A model generated the notes under the pieces. That model had not been told where the DNA came from and ran no database searches. It saw nothing but the letters and a program-made list of their open reading frames with translations. Both the position numbers and the translations under genes were made by a program. A stretch of 62,744 bases of DNA, the filler included, from Basidioascus undulatus (Eukaryota), in the NCBI GenBank assembly GCA_000826855.1. It is 4 parts of 4 records of this genome, joined end to end, with 100 filler letters (N's around TTAATTAATTAA, not from the genome) between each part and the next. Parts side by side here need not be neighbours in the genome. Positions count along the whole stretch, not along the records: positions 1 to 15,626 come from JTLS01000633.1; 3 more parts are not named here. One strand, written 5' to 3'. Shown in pieces: positions 1-12,540 of the stretch; the stretch's first letter is position 1; each line of letters starts with the position of its first letter.

Positions 1-375
1 GCATTTCGCACCGCATCACTCAGCAGAGGGAGGCGAGCTCCTGGTGGCCGATACGTCAGGCATATTGTCCCTGCCTCCACCACCGCCTCCTCCGTCTGCT
101 CAATCCAGTCGCCGCCGATCCCCCCACCCAAACCTACCGCCGTCCCGCCTCCGCCCCCGCCCGAGTCCGAGCTCCCTCCGCGCGGGTTCGGGCGCGGAAG
201 CGGCCTTCCGCCGAGCCCGGAGAAGAAGGCCGCGCTGATGTGCGAGAAGCTGCGCAGGGAGAGGGAGCGCGTTTTGCGGGCCGGCTCGTCGGGGAGGCAC
301 GCTGGGGGCCGTCCGGTGGAGAAGACGGCGATGTGGGACGACGCGCAGGAGGGGGACGTGGGAATCGCTTTTTGA
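1..375 (+). CDS. 3' fragment of a Pro-rich hypothetical protein, truncated at contig start
   Basis: Frame 1 is open from base 1 to TGA at 373-375 (...PPPESELPPRGFGRGSGLPPSPEKKAALMCEKLRRERER...WDDAQEGDVGIAF*) with GC3-rich codons; a T-rich 3'UTR-like sequence follows. Confidence 0.55.
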   Translation, partial: AFRTASLSRGRRAPGGRYVRHIVPASTTASSVCSIQSPPIPPPKPTAVPPPPPPESELPPRGFGRGSGLPPSPEKKAALMCEKLRRERERVLRAGSSGRHAGGRPVEKTAMWDDAQEGDVGIAF

Positions 376-1173
376 GAAGTCATTCGGACTTTTTCCCAGC
401 TTCGTATTTTCTAATTTTTTGGTTTCCGGGAGGAGGAAAAGGGACTTTATTGCTTGCCTGCTGTTATTGGCGCGGCTTACCTGTACCTTTGATCAAGACG
501 CTAGACGCACCAGCCTCTGCGTCGACTGGATATCTGAGCGAAGGATTGCCACAACATTGCGCAGACTTTATCGTTAAACCCGGCAATGTGCATACGGGAA
601 GCGTCCGATTTATCCTGCAGTCCGAGTGGCTGGCGGAGAGGAGAGAGAAAGAACATGCTGGCAGAGGACGCATGGCGGACTGGGTTCCTCTCTTTGTTTG
701 CAAAGACTGGCGAGTCGACTCATCGTTAAATCTGCACTAGCGATGTCATTTCTCTGAAAAGTCCACGCAAAATGCAGTCTGCAGCCTTTCTGAGGCAACC
801 GGCAAGGGAATGCCGTGCATATACAAGACAATAAGCCATTCAGGTAAGCCGTATAAAAGGCAGTAAGTGGCAGCAGAAGAGCCAGCGCCGTTCATGAGGA
901 AGCGTAGACCCAAGGGCTACGAGGATCGCCGCCGACCATAGCTCAAAGGATTCAATCAGACTGTCGCGACGAACATCCATTCATACCTCAGAGCGTTACG
1001 CCTTTGGGCACCGCATACCAGTCGTGCGCCCATTTATCGGCCTGGCGTTGCGCCGTCATCTGGCAAGTGTGGCAGTCGAATGACGGTAGGCCAACGTGGT
1101 TCAACTTGCAGAACATGGAACTCGTCAGCGTGAAGTGTTGCCGGCTAAAGGAGGACGGATCAGACTCACGACT

Positions 1174-2144
1174 TTATCGAGCGACTTTGTAACGCCAAGT
1201 CCAACCCGAAGTCCCACAGCTCCGATCGTTTTCTTCCAAAGCGTCTTTGCGCTCGAGCGTCGCACAGTGATATGTCGGCTTGACGCTGTCATCGTGAGTG
1301 TAGAACAATGCCTCGTCCACGGCGAAGTCGCCATCAGTCCATAGCGTCTTGTGTCTGTATATGGTCGACGCGAACAGGAGATGCTTCTGCTGAAGGTCCA
1401 GCAGCGCATCGAGATACGGTCGAGGAGCGCGAGCGCGGACGGCCGGTATCCACATGCAGAAGTCTGCCTCGCGGGAAGCCTGATAGTTGTCTAGCCAGCT
1501 TCCGCCTGGGGCGGCTATGAGGTATACGCCGAGTTTGGGGAAGTGTACATCCCCGAGTAGATGCTGTATGACGCCGCGGAGCGCCATCATCGCCGCGCTG
1601 AGCCCGTACTTGTGCGCGGCGGCGCAGATCGGCCCGAGTCGATCAACCAAGGGGTCCATGTGATTCATCCACCATATTTTCTTTTCCTCGTCGTCGAGAC
1701 GCTTTCGGGGGGTCGCCCGGTGTGGGCGTGCGGGATAGATGAAGCGCATGAGAAAGTGGAGGACGCCCGGGGGCTCGGCGACCTGGACGACGGGCTTCGG
1801 CTCGGACAGGGACGTCGACGACTTGTACGACGGTGTAGGAATCGACAAGATGTTCGCGAACACGGAAGAGTGTGCCTTGCGAAAAGTGTCAGACTGAAGA
1901 CCCTCGACAAACGTGGAGAGGGCTGCTGACCTCGACCTGCTTCCTGTGAACCTGATATAAAGCTCTCATCAGCGGCACGCGGTAGCCGGGCGAAGTATGC
2001 CCACGAATCGAGTACTCACATAGATTTTCTGACACCGGAGGCTTCCAAGACGAGGTCCGTCGTAGCAGCTTCCATTCCCGCAGGCACCGCTCGCCCTCCC
2101 CACGCGTCCGACGCCTCGACAGTGTGACTGGACTGAGTGCTCAT
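1174..2144 (-). CDS. BTB/POZ-domain protein (basidiomycete type); 5' exon frame is ambiguous
   Basis: Spliced reading QKIY|VHRKQVE|AHSSVFANILSIP...VVQVAEPPGVLHFLMRFIYP...AAAHKYGL matches the fungal BTB pattern, with GT-AG introns near 1876-1929 and 1951-2019. Confidence 0.7.
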
Positions 2145-2189
2145 CCATGCCGCCTCAGCCTACTGAAAGCAACACGAAGAGCGTTAGGT

Positions 2190-3320
2190 TCAGTGGGACG
2201 CTCCCTTACCATGACAAGACGAGGTCCGTATGAATGGTGCGCAACAAGGGGGTGATCGTAAGTGGGCAAGGAAGTTGACGATCGCGTGCCAGTCACCTAG
2301 CACACGAGTAAGTTGTGACAGCTGAGAGTCCATGGCAGTGGCATCCTTCCTATGTTTTATTGTTTGTTTGAAACTACCATGAAATCTCTCGCGTAGTCGC
2401 TGATACGGAAGGAGATATAGAAAGGTCTTCGCGTGAACGGGCTCCATCTGGGCATGCTCATGGTGTGTCGAGCACCCCTTCAATGTTTTTGACTCCCATT
2501 GAACGAAAGGATTAAGGAACACACAATTAAGTTCATGAATGTCAAGGTGATCAAGTCTGAGTGCGACCTGTGCCCGCCTGCGTGAATTGTTATAATGCCT
2601 ACTTAACTTTCACAGGTTGATCTGGGAAGACGTAGCCAGGGAATCCATGTATTGCCAACCGTACTACCACATGCTCAGGAAAACTCTCGGAAAGCGCTTC
2701 CCTTCAAGGGCTTTTTTGCCCGCCCTCAGCCAACTTTTAACGTGAGTGATTGCTTTTTCTTGTACAGACAGTCTATAAGAGCAAGTGGCATGCACGGCAA
2801 GAAACAGCAACTGCATGCAAAGGAAACAAACCTTGCTCCATAAGTATACGTAGAAGCATACCTCAAATGGATCACCGTGATTGTCAACTAGAGCAATGTT
2901 ATGCTTAAGCAGCTTGGACCCCTGCTCTCCCAACAAATTGCAAAGGCACGCGCTCTTGATGTCCGCCCACAAGAAGCCCATGCACGGCATATTAGTGAAT
3001 TATACCTCCCGCAGAGAAAGAGACTCAGGGTCAAGGAGATCGTCAAAAAGCAAGCTCATCGAGGGTTTCAGCCCCTGTACTATTTAGAGAAGCGACATGG
3101 TGAAGGCCATATGACACTGGCTTTGGAAAGTTCTGCCCCAGGTTGTCAGGCAATCTGCCGGTGATAAAAAAATTCCTACCGTACACCTGAAGAACCTTAG
3201 CAGTGGAGCGGGGACATCTTCAAGAAAACCCCTCTGGACAGTGGTCAGACAGAAAAAGTGTGACACTGTCATACAGTGATTGCCGTTGTCGTCCTTTGCA
3301 AGCAGGGCATACTTGTAAAC
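2190..3320 (-). pseudogene. Degenerate coding relic, possibly F-box/LRR-type or TE-derived
   Basis: One frame reads VYKYALLAKDDNGNH...MSLL*IVQGLKPSMSLLFDDLLDPESLSLREV*FTNMPCMGFLWADIKSACLCNLLGEQ...IALVDNHGDPFE with in-frame TAA codons. The region is AT-richer and CpG-poorer than intact genes. Confidence 0.4.
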
Positions 3321-4860
3321 TGGGAGCTTGGTCAGGTATAGCAGGCACAGAGAATAAATAAACTGTTAATGCTGAAAAATTATTATACAGGTTCACCATA
3401 AGTGCTAGGCAAACCGTGTGAAGCATCATTGGCAAGCTAGACAAGTGAGTAATCAGAATTGCAAGAGAGATCAAGCCTGAGGTCCAGATTTTTGAAAGTA
3501 GACCCCCATGTAGTCGAGAGTCTTATACTGGCATAAAATCCATCAGTAACTGTGATACCCTTAATGCCCACACACAATCACAGTAAAAAAGGAAGCTCCT
3601 GGATGCAAGATAAGGCAGGAGAATATGGATCAACATACTGTCTGTTGTCGTTCATACTGAGGCCGCTAGTAGTGTCATGACACGCAGTGTGTTAAGGGAT
3701 ATTCAAATTTGGAATTCTGGCATGCGGGATAGCATGAAGTAAGGTCCCCTCAACCACAGTGGCACCTGGCACAAGTGTCAAGAGTTGCCGACCAGAGGGA
3801 TTACTGTCCTGACACTGACAAGTTTTACAAGACTCGAAGGGGATCTGTGTTGATATACCCAGGGGTTTCAGAAGTGGGACGGACAGGAGCCAGTATGAAG
3901 CAACTGTCAAAGGCTCAAAGGGCTCGCGTCTTTGGGAGCGTGAGGGGGTGACAACGCAGTTGATGATTATTAGATAACCGAGCAAGTAATTGTGCAGCTG
4001 CTCATTGGCCTACTCAGCGAACACTCCCCTCGCCTTTTACTAGAGGAGTCCGAGTCGGTTGATGCAATGGCAGCTTTATCAATTTCTGGGCCCAACGACC
4101 TTTGGTCGCTTAATTTTCTTTTTACGGTTGCATACCAGTTTCCCCCTTTTCTTTTCCGGGAATCAGATGCATAGATCAAACTGGACCGGCTGCACTGTTG
4201 TAGAAGCCGCTGCAGGCGCGGGTTCGAATCCCCAGTCAGATGTCCCTCCCCGTTGTTGATAACGGAGAGCAACACCCCCTTGGCATGGGCTATACCAAGG
4301 GGATGCAAATTCCAGTTATAAAAAAAGAAATATGTATCCACGGTGTGGCCACGAATCACCGTTATTTGCGTTCAGCCCTGCATGCAGTTGCGCCAGGAGT
4401 CCATGCGTTCATGACGAGGCTTCATTGAGCAGAACTTGCAGGCCGTATTCCTCCAGAATCCGCTTTGGCTGCCTAAGACGTTTGTTCCAACAGCACACAA
4501 AACAGACACGAGAGAAACAGACAGAACCGCCGTTGTTCAATTACCGCGGGTCCAGGCTGTTCACCGCGAAGCGAAACTATTGATGCGTTCGTCAACGTTT
4601 TTCGCACTACCAGCACCACTTCCCAGGATCGCTTATGGCTTTGAAGCGGGAAGCTGTTTATTAAAGGCTTCTCCGTTCGCAATGCAAAACAGGTCTTGAA
4701 GAGCTGCTGGCAATGACCTCCACCGCTACGCTCTTCTGTCGTGACCTCATCCTGAGCCGGGCCTCCCGGAGACTGTGTGGCCAGCAGTTCTTTATCGGGG
4801 ACATCCATCCTCAACGCTGCATTTTCAACTTCTTTCCGCTCATCCCTGCTGTCATAGACA

Positions 4861-6063
4861 ATGTCTCAGAGTACGCAAACGGTGCCGCTCGTCTTCGACG
4901 TTCTGGGAACGTGTTTTTCCTGGGACGCAACGGTGGACGCTTTCGATCAGGTCTTCGGCGACCAGCTCAGGGAGAAGGGTATACCGGCGCGCTCAGTCGT
5001 ATTTGACTGGTGAGCTCTCTGCGCAAACCGGAGAATGGTCCGCTTATTCTCCGTTGAACAGGTTCCACTCGGCACAGGTGAGCGCGAATGCGACTTGTAA
5101 TACGAGTTCGCCAGACTAGTTCTGGGATATACCGAGCTGATGCTTCCTATCAATTCTGAACGCAGCGCGACTTCACTGTAAGATTCATCCCCGCCCAGAC
5201 GTCGCACTCATTGCTATAATGCGGTAAGCTGACCAGTCGTGATGCAGTATCTCTCCGTCAACAACAGCTACACGTCCGCTTGTTCCTAAGACTCCTCTTC
5301 AGGCGAGCTTTGCTTACATTTTTCCAACGTAATGGCAGCCCGATCACTCAAGTCCTCAAGGCTATTCTGCCACGGGTCCTTTTGCAGCACGGCTTCACCT
5401 CGCCAACGCCGACTGCCTCGTCCCCTTCACCTTCTTCCCCGACCTCACCCTTTCCGAGTTCGGTACTCGAGCCCGTGCTGTCCACATTGTCGAAGATGAC
5501 GCCGCGCGAATCGCTCGCGCCTTCATTGGCCCGCCTGTTGGGGGCGGGAACATTCTGCTTGATGGCAGCCACGAACGGCGGCGCCGATAATACGCTACGC
5601 CTGCTCGTCCGTGCGCTTGGAGAGGACCAGGCGAAGCGATGGGAGGTCTTTAGCTGCGATGAGGTCCGGAGGGCAAAGCCCGACCCGGCGGTGTACGAGG
5701 GGGTGTGGAAAAGGCTCGGGCTGGAAAATGGGGCGCAGAGGAAGGCTTGGTTTATCGCCAGCCACAACTGGTGCGTCGGAGACTGCACAGCCCGACTTAC
5801 CCTGGTTCACGCTACTCACCATACTTGGAAGCGTAGGGACTTATTTGCTGCCAAGAAAGCGGGGTAAGCGTTCACCCTTTGAGGCTTGGTCTTGCGTGCG
5901 ACCGAATCTGACGTCTGCTTTGCCGCTGCGCAGTTTCAAGACCGCTTGGGCGAGCTATGAGGAGCACGTCCTCCAGGACAACATCTTTGGCAAGCCGGAC
6001 ATTGTGGGGTTGGACCTTGACGATGTGGCGAAGCAGATCATTGCGGCGGAGAAGACGCAGTGA
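4861..6063 (+). CDS. HAD-superfamily hydrolase, L-2-haloacid dehalogenase (type II)-like
   Basis: MSQSTQTVPLVFDVLGTCF (motif I DxxGT), DW|FHSAQ|RDFT|YLS, ATNG, FSCDEVRRAKPDPAVY (motif III Lys), IASHNWDLFAAKKAG. Includes micro-exons 5062-5077 and 5166-5177. Confidence 0.85.
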
Positions 6064-6547
6064 AGGGAGGGTGTGGGAGCGAGGGGAGGGCACATGTCTT
6101 GCCAATGCGATGGAAACAAGTACGCCTCATCACAGCATGCCTTGGTGTCGTGGGCATCAAGTTGGTGCTCATTGCAACGTGTGCAACAAAGATAGTTCAT
6201 AGCGGAACGTTGGCACCATGCAAATGTCGTGTCAGCTTTGGAACCGCCTCGCTCGATGCGAGGCGCAGAACACTAGGACGAGGAGGTGCACGATTCAGCT
6301 AAGTTCAGTTGCGAATGAAAGCAGTGGTGAAAGTCTGGACTCGGAAAGAGCTGGCGACAGCGACCCACGATTATCGAAGGCAGCACCATCGAGAGACGAG
6401 CATAAGCCGGCTGAAGTGATCAGATCGCTGGTGCGTAGTGTTCGAAAGCAGCGTACGCATTCAAATCGCACTAGATCTGGATCAAGCTTGCATTTGTACA
6501 CCCGACCCACCGACGCATCCACTCTATCGCCGTCAAATTGAATGCAT

Positions 6548-7458
6548 CTACTTCGTGTGTGCAAGGCGAATCTTGCCCGGGGCTGTTTGCACATTCCACG
6601 TCAGCACCGCTTCATGACAAGCACCCACGTGCAGGAAGGCAGGAGGGATGTCGGGACGCACAGTGCACGTAGTTGTTGGCGTACGTCTTGACCTTGAACT
6701 TCGGCTCGCGGGGCTGCGACAAAAAGTAGTCCCAGCCTGCGATACAGAGATGTTAGGATGAGTGTGAGGCGTCCGACAAGACAGTGGGGACCGGAGGGCG
6801 CGAGGTTTAGGAAATGGTGACCCACCTTGCTTCTCGCAAAAGTGAATAGCGTCCTCCTTGGTGCGGAACTTGACGTGAGTACCCTGCATGTAGTCCGCAC
6901 TGCCCGTCGTAGGCACGGCCAGGAGGGTGTTCAGCGCTCTCTACAGGGGAGCGGGTTGTGGAGGTAGATGGCCGAGAAGGAGCAGTGGAGGGAAGGAGAG
7001 AAGACGTACGACGAAGCCCAACCCATGAGCGGGTTCTCCCAACGGCCCGCACCCTGAAGGATGTCAAAGTCGACACGCCAGTGGTTGGTGTTGTGCACAC
7101 CAGACTGCGTGGTGGCCTTGGTGGGGCGGTAGATCCGCACCTGGCGGTGCTGGAGCTCGACTGTTCCGCGCGTGTGCCGGTACATCAGCGCTTGTCCCAC
7201 TCAACAAGACCGCCCTTGTCTCTGCCCAGCGTACGTACCCGGCGCGCCAGAGATGACCTCGGCGGTGACGACCTCCTTGGGCGGGTGGCTGGTCGTCAGG
7301 CCGCTCGCCTGGTGCTCGGCGACGCCTGCGGGCTCGGCCTGCTGCTGGCGGGTGCGCTGGGGCACGGAGGGCGCCGACGTGGATTCGCAGCGGAGCGCCA
7401 TAGCAGGCGCTCGACGCGCGACGCTCGTGGACGAGCGGAGGGTGCGGAGAGCGAGCAT
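6548..7458 (-). CDS. NDUFS4: NADH:ubiquinone oxidoreductase subunit NDUFS4 (18/21 kDa), mitochondrial precursor
   Basis: Arg/Ser-rich presequence, then ISGAP..RQVRIYRPTKATTQSG..WRVDFD..RWENPLMGWASSADYMQG..FRTKEDAIHFCEKQGWDY..KTYANNY. Confidence 0.92.
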
Positions 7459-8199
7459 GATGGGTTGAGTGATGATGAGAGTGATGGTCGGAGCCAGGGG
7501 GGAGAGCGACTCGGCCCGCGCTTAACGGCAGCTCCGATGAAGGCGCCCTGATTCGCCGAAATTGCTGCATTTCGCAGTCCATCCAGGTTTCGTCCACTCG
7601 ACCGACTCTTAACTACAATTAACTTTGTATCAAAGAGTGTATAAAATGGAACTATCTCGCAAAGTATGTTAATATGGGCGCTAGATAGGTTGAGCGATGC
7701 AGCAGAGGCTGCAGCTGATCAGCGTTGCTGCCGCGCCACCCCCGACACTTCGCACCACTAGAGCTGCCTTCTTACACAAGCAAGTTTCATGCTCACCAGG
7801 AGCTTTAGAGTGATTAGTTTACTGGTTATCAGAGGCCTATGACCCCTGTTGAAGAAACCACACTGCGAGTCCTGTCAGTCTGCCGTGTAGATGTGCCGTC
7901 ACGAATCAGCCTGACCGGTGACCAGCCTGTTCGGACGTCGCATTGCACATTCCGGAATGCAGTCAGAGAAGTGTGATGCCCCGGAGAGGTGCATTTCATG
8001 TATTCGACTCTTGTAGGCGCCTTTTCTAAAAAATGCGTGCAGATATCTCACGCAGGTTAACTCCTGCCCAGCAAGCTGCGAAGTTGTACGGTGTACCCTC
8101 GCACCACCATATGCATAACACACTGTCGCTTCCACAAAATTTTGGAAATGCACCCGCCTAGATTGAACGTCACGCCCATTCAGCTCTTGCATGACCAGG

Positions 8200-9605
8200 T
8201 CACATAAAGTCTGTCCTTCCCGCGCACCCTCTTGCCGCGTCAGACGACGCCTTTCCTCACCGACCATGACCGCCCTCCCCAACGCGACTCACCTTCCTCC
8301 AACTCCACCCCCCTCTTCGGGGCCTCCGAGTACCCATACGTGTCCTCGTCAAACAGCGTGTCGTAGCTCTTTGCCTTCTTCTCCTCTTCCCGCTGCTTCT
8401 TGAGCTCCGCTTCGCGTTGCTTCTGTGGGTCCATATCGAGCACGCCGCTCAGAAGAAGGCTCAAGAGAAGAAGTTAAGGCGTGAAGACGCACCTTCTCCG
8501 CAGCGGCTGCCTTTTTCTGCCTGCCCATCTCGCGCTGCCGAGCGATGCGTTCCGTCTCATGGTCGACTTCTACCTCGCGCTTGGTCTTGTTCAACCGGTT
8601 CACGATCGCGTTGTCCCGCTCGCGCACGAGTACTGTGAGTTTACAATTATTTTAGCTCATCGCTTTCAAAGTTAGACAAGAGATGAAAGCGCGAGCGACC
8701 GACCTCGTTTCACCTGCCAAGCGATGAGGTTCGAAAGTAGGGAATGAGTATGAGTCTCGCATGAGAGAACGCGGAGTGCAGACCTTGTCATTGCGGTGGA
8801 AAGATACTGCTCCAACCGCCATGTCACCCATTTTCTGTGCACGCCCGTCCATCAAGACACTGTCAGATTGCCAGTCCGGACTCGCGACGACCCGTGCACC
8901 CACGCACGAACCTTCAAGTTACTCCAAGGCGTGTAGATGATCTGAAAGACACTGACATCAGCCTTGTGCTGTATTGACGCTGTGTACGGAAGCGCACAGT
9001 CAGGTCGTTCTTCTTGTTCCCTGAGAGCATCTCTCCCGCGCTTGAGCATTGCTTCCGACGGTACAGGAAGACAAGACCGACGCACCCTCGATCGAGTTTG
9101 CCTTGACCAACTGAGCGCAATCGTCAAGGATCGGCTGGGGAATGGCGTCCCAAGTCATGCCCTCTGGCATGCGAAGGTAGACGTGGGCGGAAGAGAGCTG
9201 CGAACGACCAATGTCGAGTCAGGTTACCAGAGGGGCGGCAAACTGCAGGCAAGGCCGACCTTGTCGACGTGAAACTGAGCATTTTGGGGATTAGTATGCA
9301 GAAAGCAAGACGGTGGACGATGCGCATAGCGTACGACGTACCCACACGTCTTCCTCGAACCCATATTTGATCAAGTCTTCGTCTACATCACGGATATGGA
9401 GAGATGGTCAGCCCACAAGCTAGACCTCGTACCATACAGTTCTTAACCTAGAGTAGACAGACGCACTCTCGACCTTGTCTCGGCCCATATAGAACGTCAC
9501 GGGCGGGTCAACGACTGGGGTGGGGAGCGAGGTGAGCGCAGACATTAGGAGCCAACAGAGACGTCAAAGATGATATTGACCTGCGGAGGTAAAGAAGAGG
9601 ACCAT
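8200..9605 (-). CDS. CCDC25: CCDC25/Jlp2 (DUF814, NFACT-R) family protein
   Basis: [98 protein letters not shown] over multiple GT-AG introns. Confidence 0.9.
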
Positions 9606-10171
9606 GGTGGATCCCAGAAAGGTGATCGAGACGATGAGTGGGGATGAACGAGTAGAGCTGAGAGGAGGCGGAACGGAGAAGACTCGGAGAAGAAGGGAAG
9701 CGGCGACGGTGCTGAGCTCAAGAACGACGCGCCTCGGATGGGAAGACGGGCTTGACCTCGAACACCTCCCTTCACCAACAACCGCCGCGATCCGGTAATA
9801 TAACTTATCCAATGTGAACATTTACTTCTTAACTAGACAGTAAGTTTCGGTTATGTAGTGGATGCGAAGCAACAAATTTTCGCTTCAGGCCCTGACGGTA
9901 CGGGTGGCCCTTCTGACGGTCGTGCGAAGTAAACTGCGGTTGAATTGGTCGTTACATCAACACTTCCCATTCTTCTGAATACACTTTTCGCTCTGAACAA
10001 ATTTTGCAACACCGCTAGCGAGTCGAGCTTCTGAAAGGAGTTGTGTGACTGCCTTTCGTGCACGTGACCGCCTGAACGCGGCCGTGGCGCGACGCTCCTT
10101 CTTGCCTTGACCCAACACGCTCCCGTCTCGAAGTTGATCTCGCTGCCGCCCCTTGCTCGCTCGCGCCCGCA

Positions 10172-11792
10172 ATGGCATCCTCAGCGGCCAACCTCACGTC
10201 CCAGCTCTCGTCTCTTTCCCTCAACTCGGCCGCCCCGCCCAACAAGCTCCCCTCAAAGTACCGCCCAGTCTCAAACGCAGGCGCAAACGGCCTCCAAAAC
10301 ACAGATCCCAACCGCCTCCCCAGCGTCCTCAACAAGCTCGGCTCCGCCCTCGCCGCCGAGCCCCCGCGACAACACCCCGTCGGCGGCTTGCACGCCAAGC
10401 ATGTTTCCGGTCGAACCCCCGTCGCCGCCGCCAGCGCTGCGAGCAGCGGGCCAGGCGGGATCGGCGCGTACGATGGAGGGTTTGAGAAGGACGACGAGGA
10501 CCGACGGGGTGACTCTGGCGGCGGTGAGAAGGGGCGGATCCTGGATTTGCAACTGAAGGGGTACGCCATCTTCTCTGTGCTCGCTTCGTGCACCCAACCT
10601 CATATCCTGCTCCGTCTTCCCCCCTCGTTCAGCCAACAATGGTCGCTCGGCCAGTTCGACATCGGTCGACCCCTCGGGAAGGGCAAGTTCGGACGTGTCT
10701 ACATGGCACGCACCAAATCCGAGCCCCACTTCATCGTCGCGCTCAAGTGTCTTTATAAGGCCGAGCTTGTCGAGGCTCGCGTCGAGAAGCAGCTTCGTCG
10801 CGAGATCGAGATCCAATCCAACTTGCGGTGTGTCCGGTCTTTCGCCGCGTCTCCTTCGAAGCTAGTGGTCTGACGCTGTCGGTCTTTATTTGGGACAGAC
10901 ACCCAAACATCCTTCGACTCTACGGGTTCTTCTACGACTCCAAACGTATCTTCCTCATGCTCGAGTTTGCGGGCAAGGGCGAGCTTTACAAGCAGCTATC
11001 CAAGCACGGCCGCTTCGGCGAGAAGCGCTCGTCTCGCGTGAGTCTTGATGCCTTCTCCATACCCTACATCCACCGCCTCCGTTGCTTTCGCACGTTCTCC
11101 CGCTCAACCTGGCCCTCCTTCGCTGCAGTACATCGCGCAGATGGCGGACGCGCTCCAGTACCTGCACAAGAAGCACGTCATCCACCGCGACATCAAGCCC
11201 GAGAATATTCTCCTCGGCATCAACGGTGATCTGAAAATTGGTGACTTTGGGTGGTCTGTTCATGCGCCCGGCAACCGGTCCGTCGTCCTCCCATACAACC
11301 TCTTCCTCTGCCCTGGCATTCCGATCTGTGCAAGTCCCTCCGACAGTCTCTCTAACAGGCACTCAACATGCGCTCTTTCGCAGTCGTACCACTCTCTGCG
11401 GCACGCTCGACTACCTCCCGCCGGAGATGATCGAGGGCCGTGAGCACACGGCCGCGGTCGACCTGTGGTCGCTCGGCGTCCTCACCTACGAGTTTCTCGT
11501 CGGCGGCCCGCCCTTCGAGGAGCAGGGTCACCAGGCGACGTACCGGCGTATCTCGAAGGTCGATTACCGCATCCCTGAGCACGTCAGCGCGGAGGCTGCG
11601 GACTTGATCAAGAAGGTGCGTAGTCTTGCGAAACCTATCGGGGCATGCGGGCAAGGGTTTCTGATCCGAAGGCGTTGGACGCGGCAGCTCCTCGTTCACG
11701 ACCCGGAGAAGCGTTTGCCGCTCAGCGACGTTCTCCAGCATCCGTGGATTCTCAAGTACCGCAAGAGCTCGCGGGCAACGGCATCGCATTGA
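10172..11792 (+). CDS. IPL1: Aurora kinase (Ipl1/Ark1)
   Basis: [75 protein letters not shown] are Aurora-type motifs. Confidence 0.95.
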
Positions 11793-12540
11793 ATAGACCA
11801 TCATACCCCTCCCTTCTCGCACATCAATCTCCCGCTGTCCCTCACCTTCGTCCTCGACATTCTTCCAGGCATGGTTTATTATTACTTCGATTGCTCCTCG
11901 TTTGTTCTCGATCTCGGAACCTCCAAGCACCCTTTCTGTACCATCATCATTGCCCGTTCGGCCTCATTTCATACAGCTGCTCTTGTTGCTGTAACACAAC
12001 TGTCATCGTGCGCAACGAACTGCTCAATCCCCGCCTCATTCGGTCACTCTCTGGGAAGAGCGGTCGTGTGGGAAACTTGTCGTGTTGAATGTGGTCGGTA
12101 GGCAACGTGGGTGCCCTCTTCAGCTTGTCTGACCTTTCGCCCGTCTGTAAATAGTCTACGGCCCCTGAACAGACGGTGGTGTTGCCCAACGATAACATAG
12201 GCATATCTTTGAATCATTCATTTTGGGTTCGCTCCAAAAGAAGACAGGCAAGGGACTTTTGCAGACACGCAGCCACCCATCCACCCACATACGCGCGCCG
12301 TCGTGATGATTGGGGGACCGTTAGCCTACATGTATCAACGTGAGGTGCTGGCCCTTGTGCGATTTTGATTTGTGAAAGCCACATATTTACAACCAGGACA
12401 CACACGTGTTAGTTTGCCAATCTCGATCTGCACTGTGGCGCACGGGCACCAAGAACGCGCGCCGCATCAGCTCATGCTTATGCATCTCCTTCCAGCCACC
12501 ATCATCTTCTGAGCTGCTCTGCTCCCTCTAATCCCCGGCG

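Noticed and set aside
4165..4241. Functional tRNA gene
   Set aside because: The B-box is perfect but the acceptor and T stems do not pair; kept only as a relic or SINE candidate.
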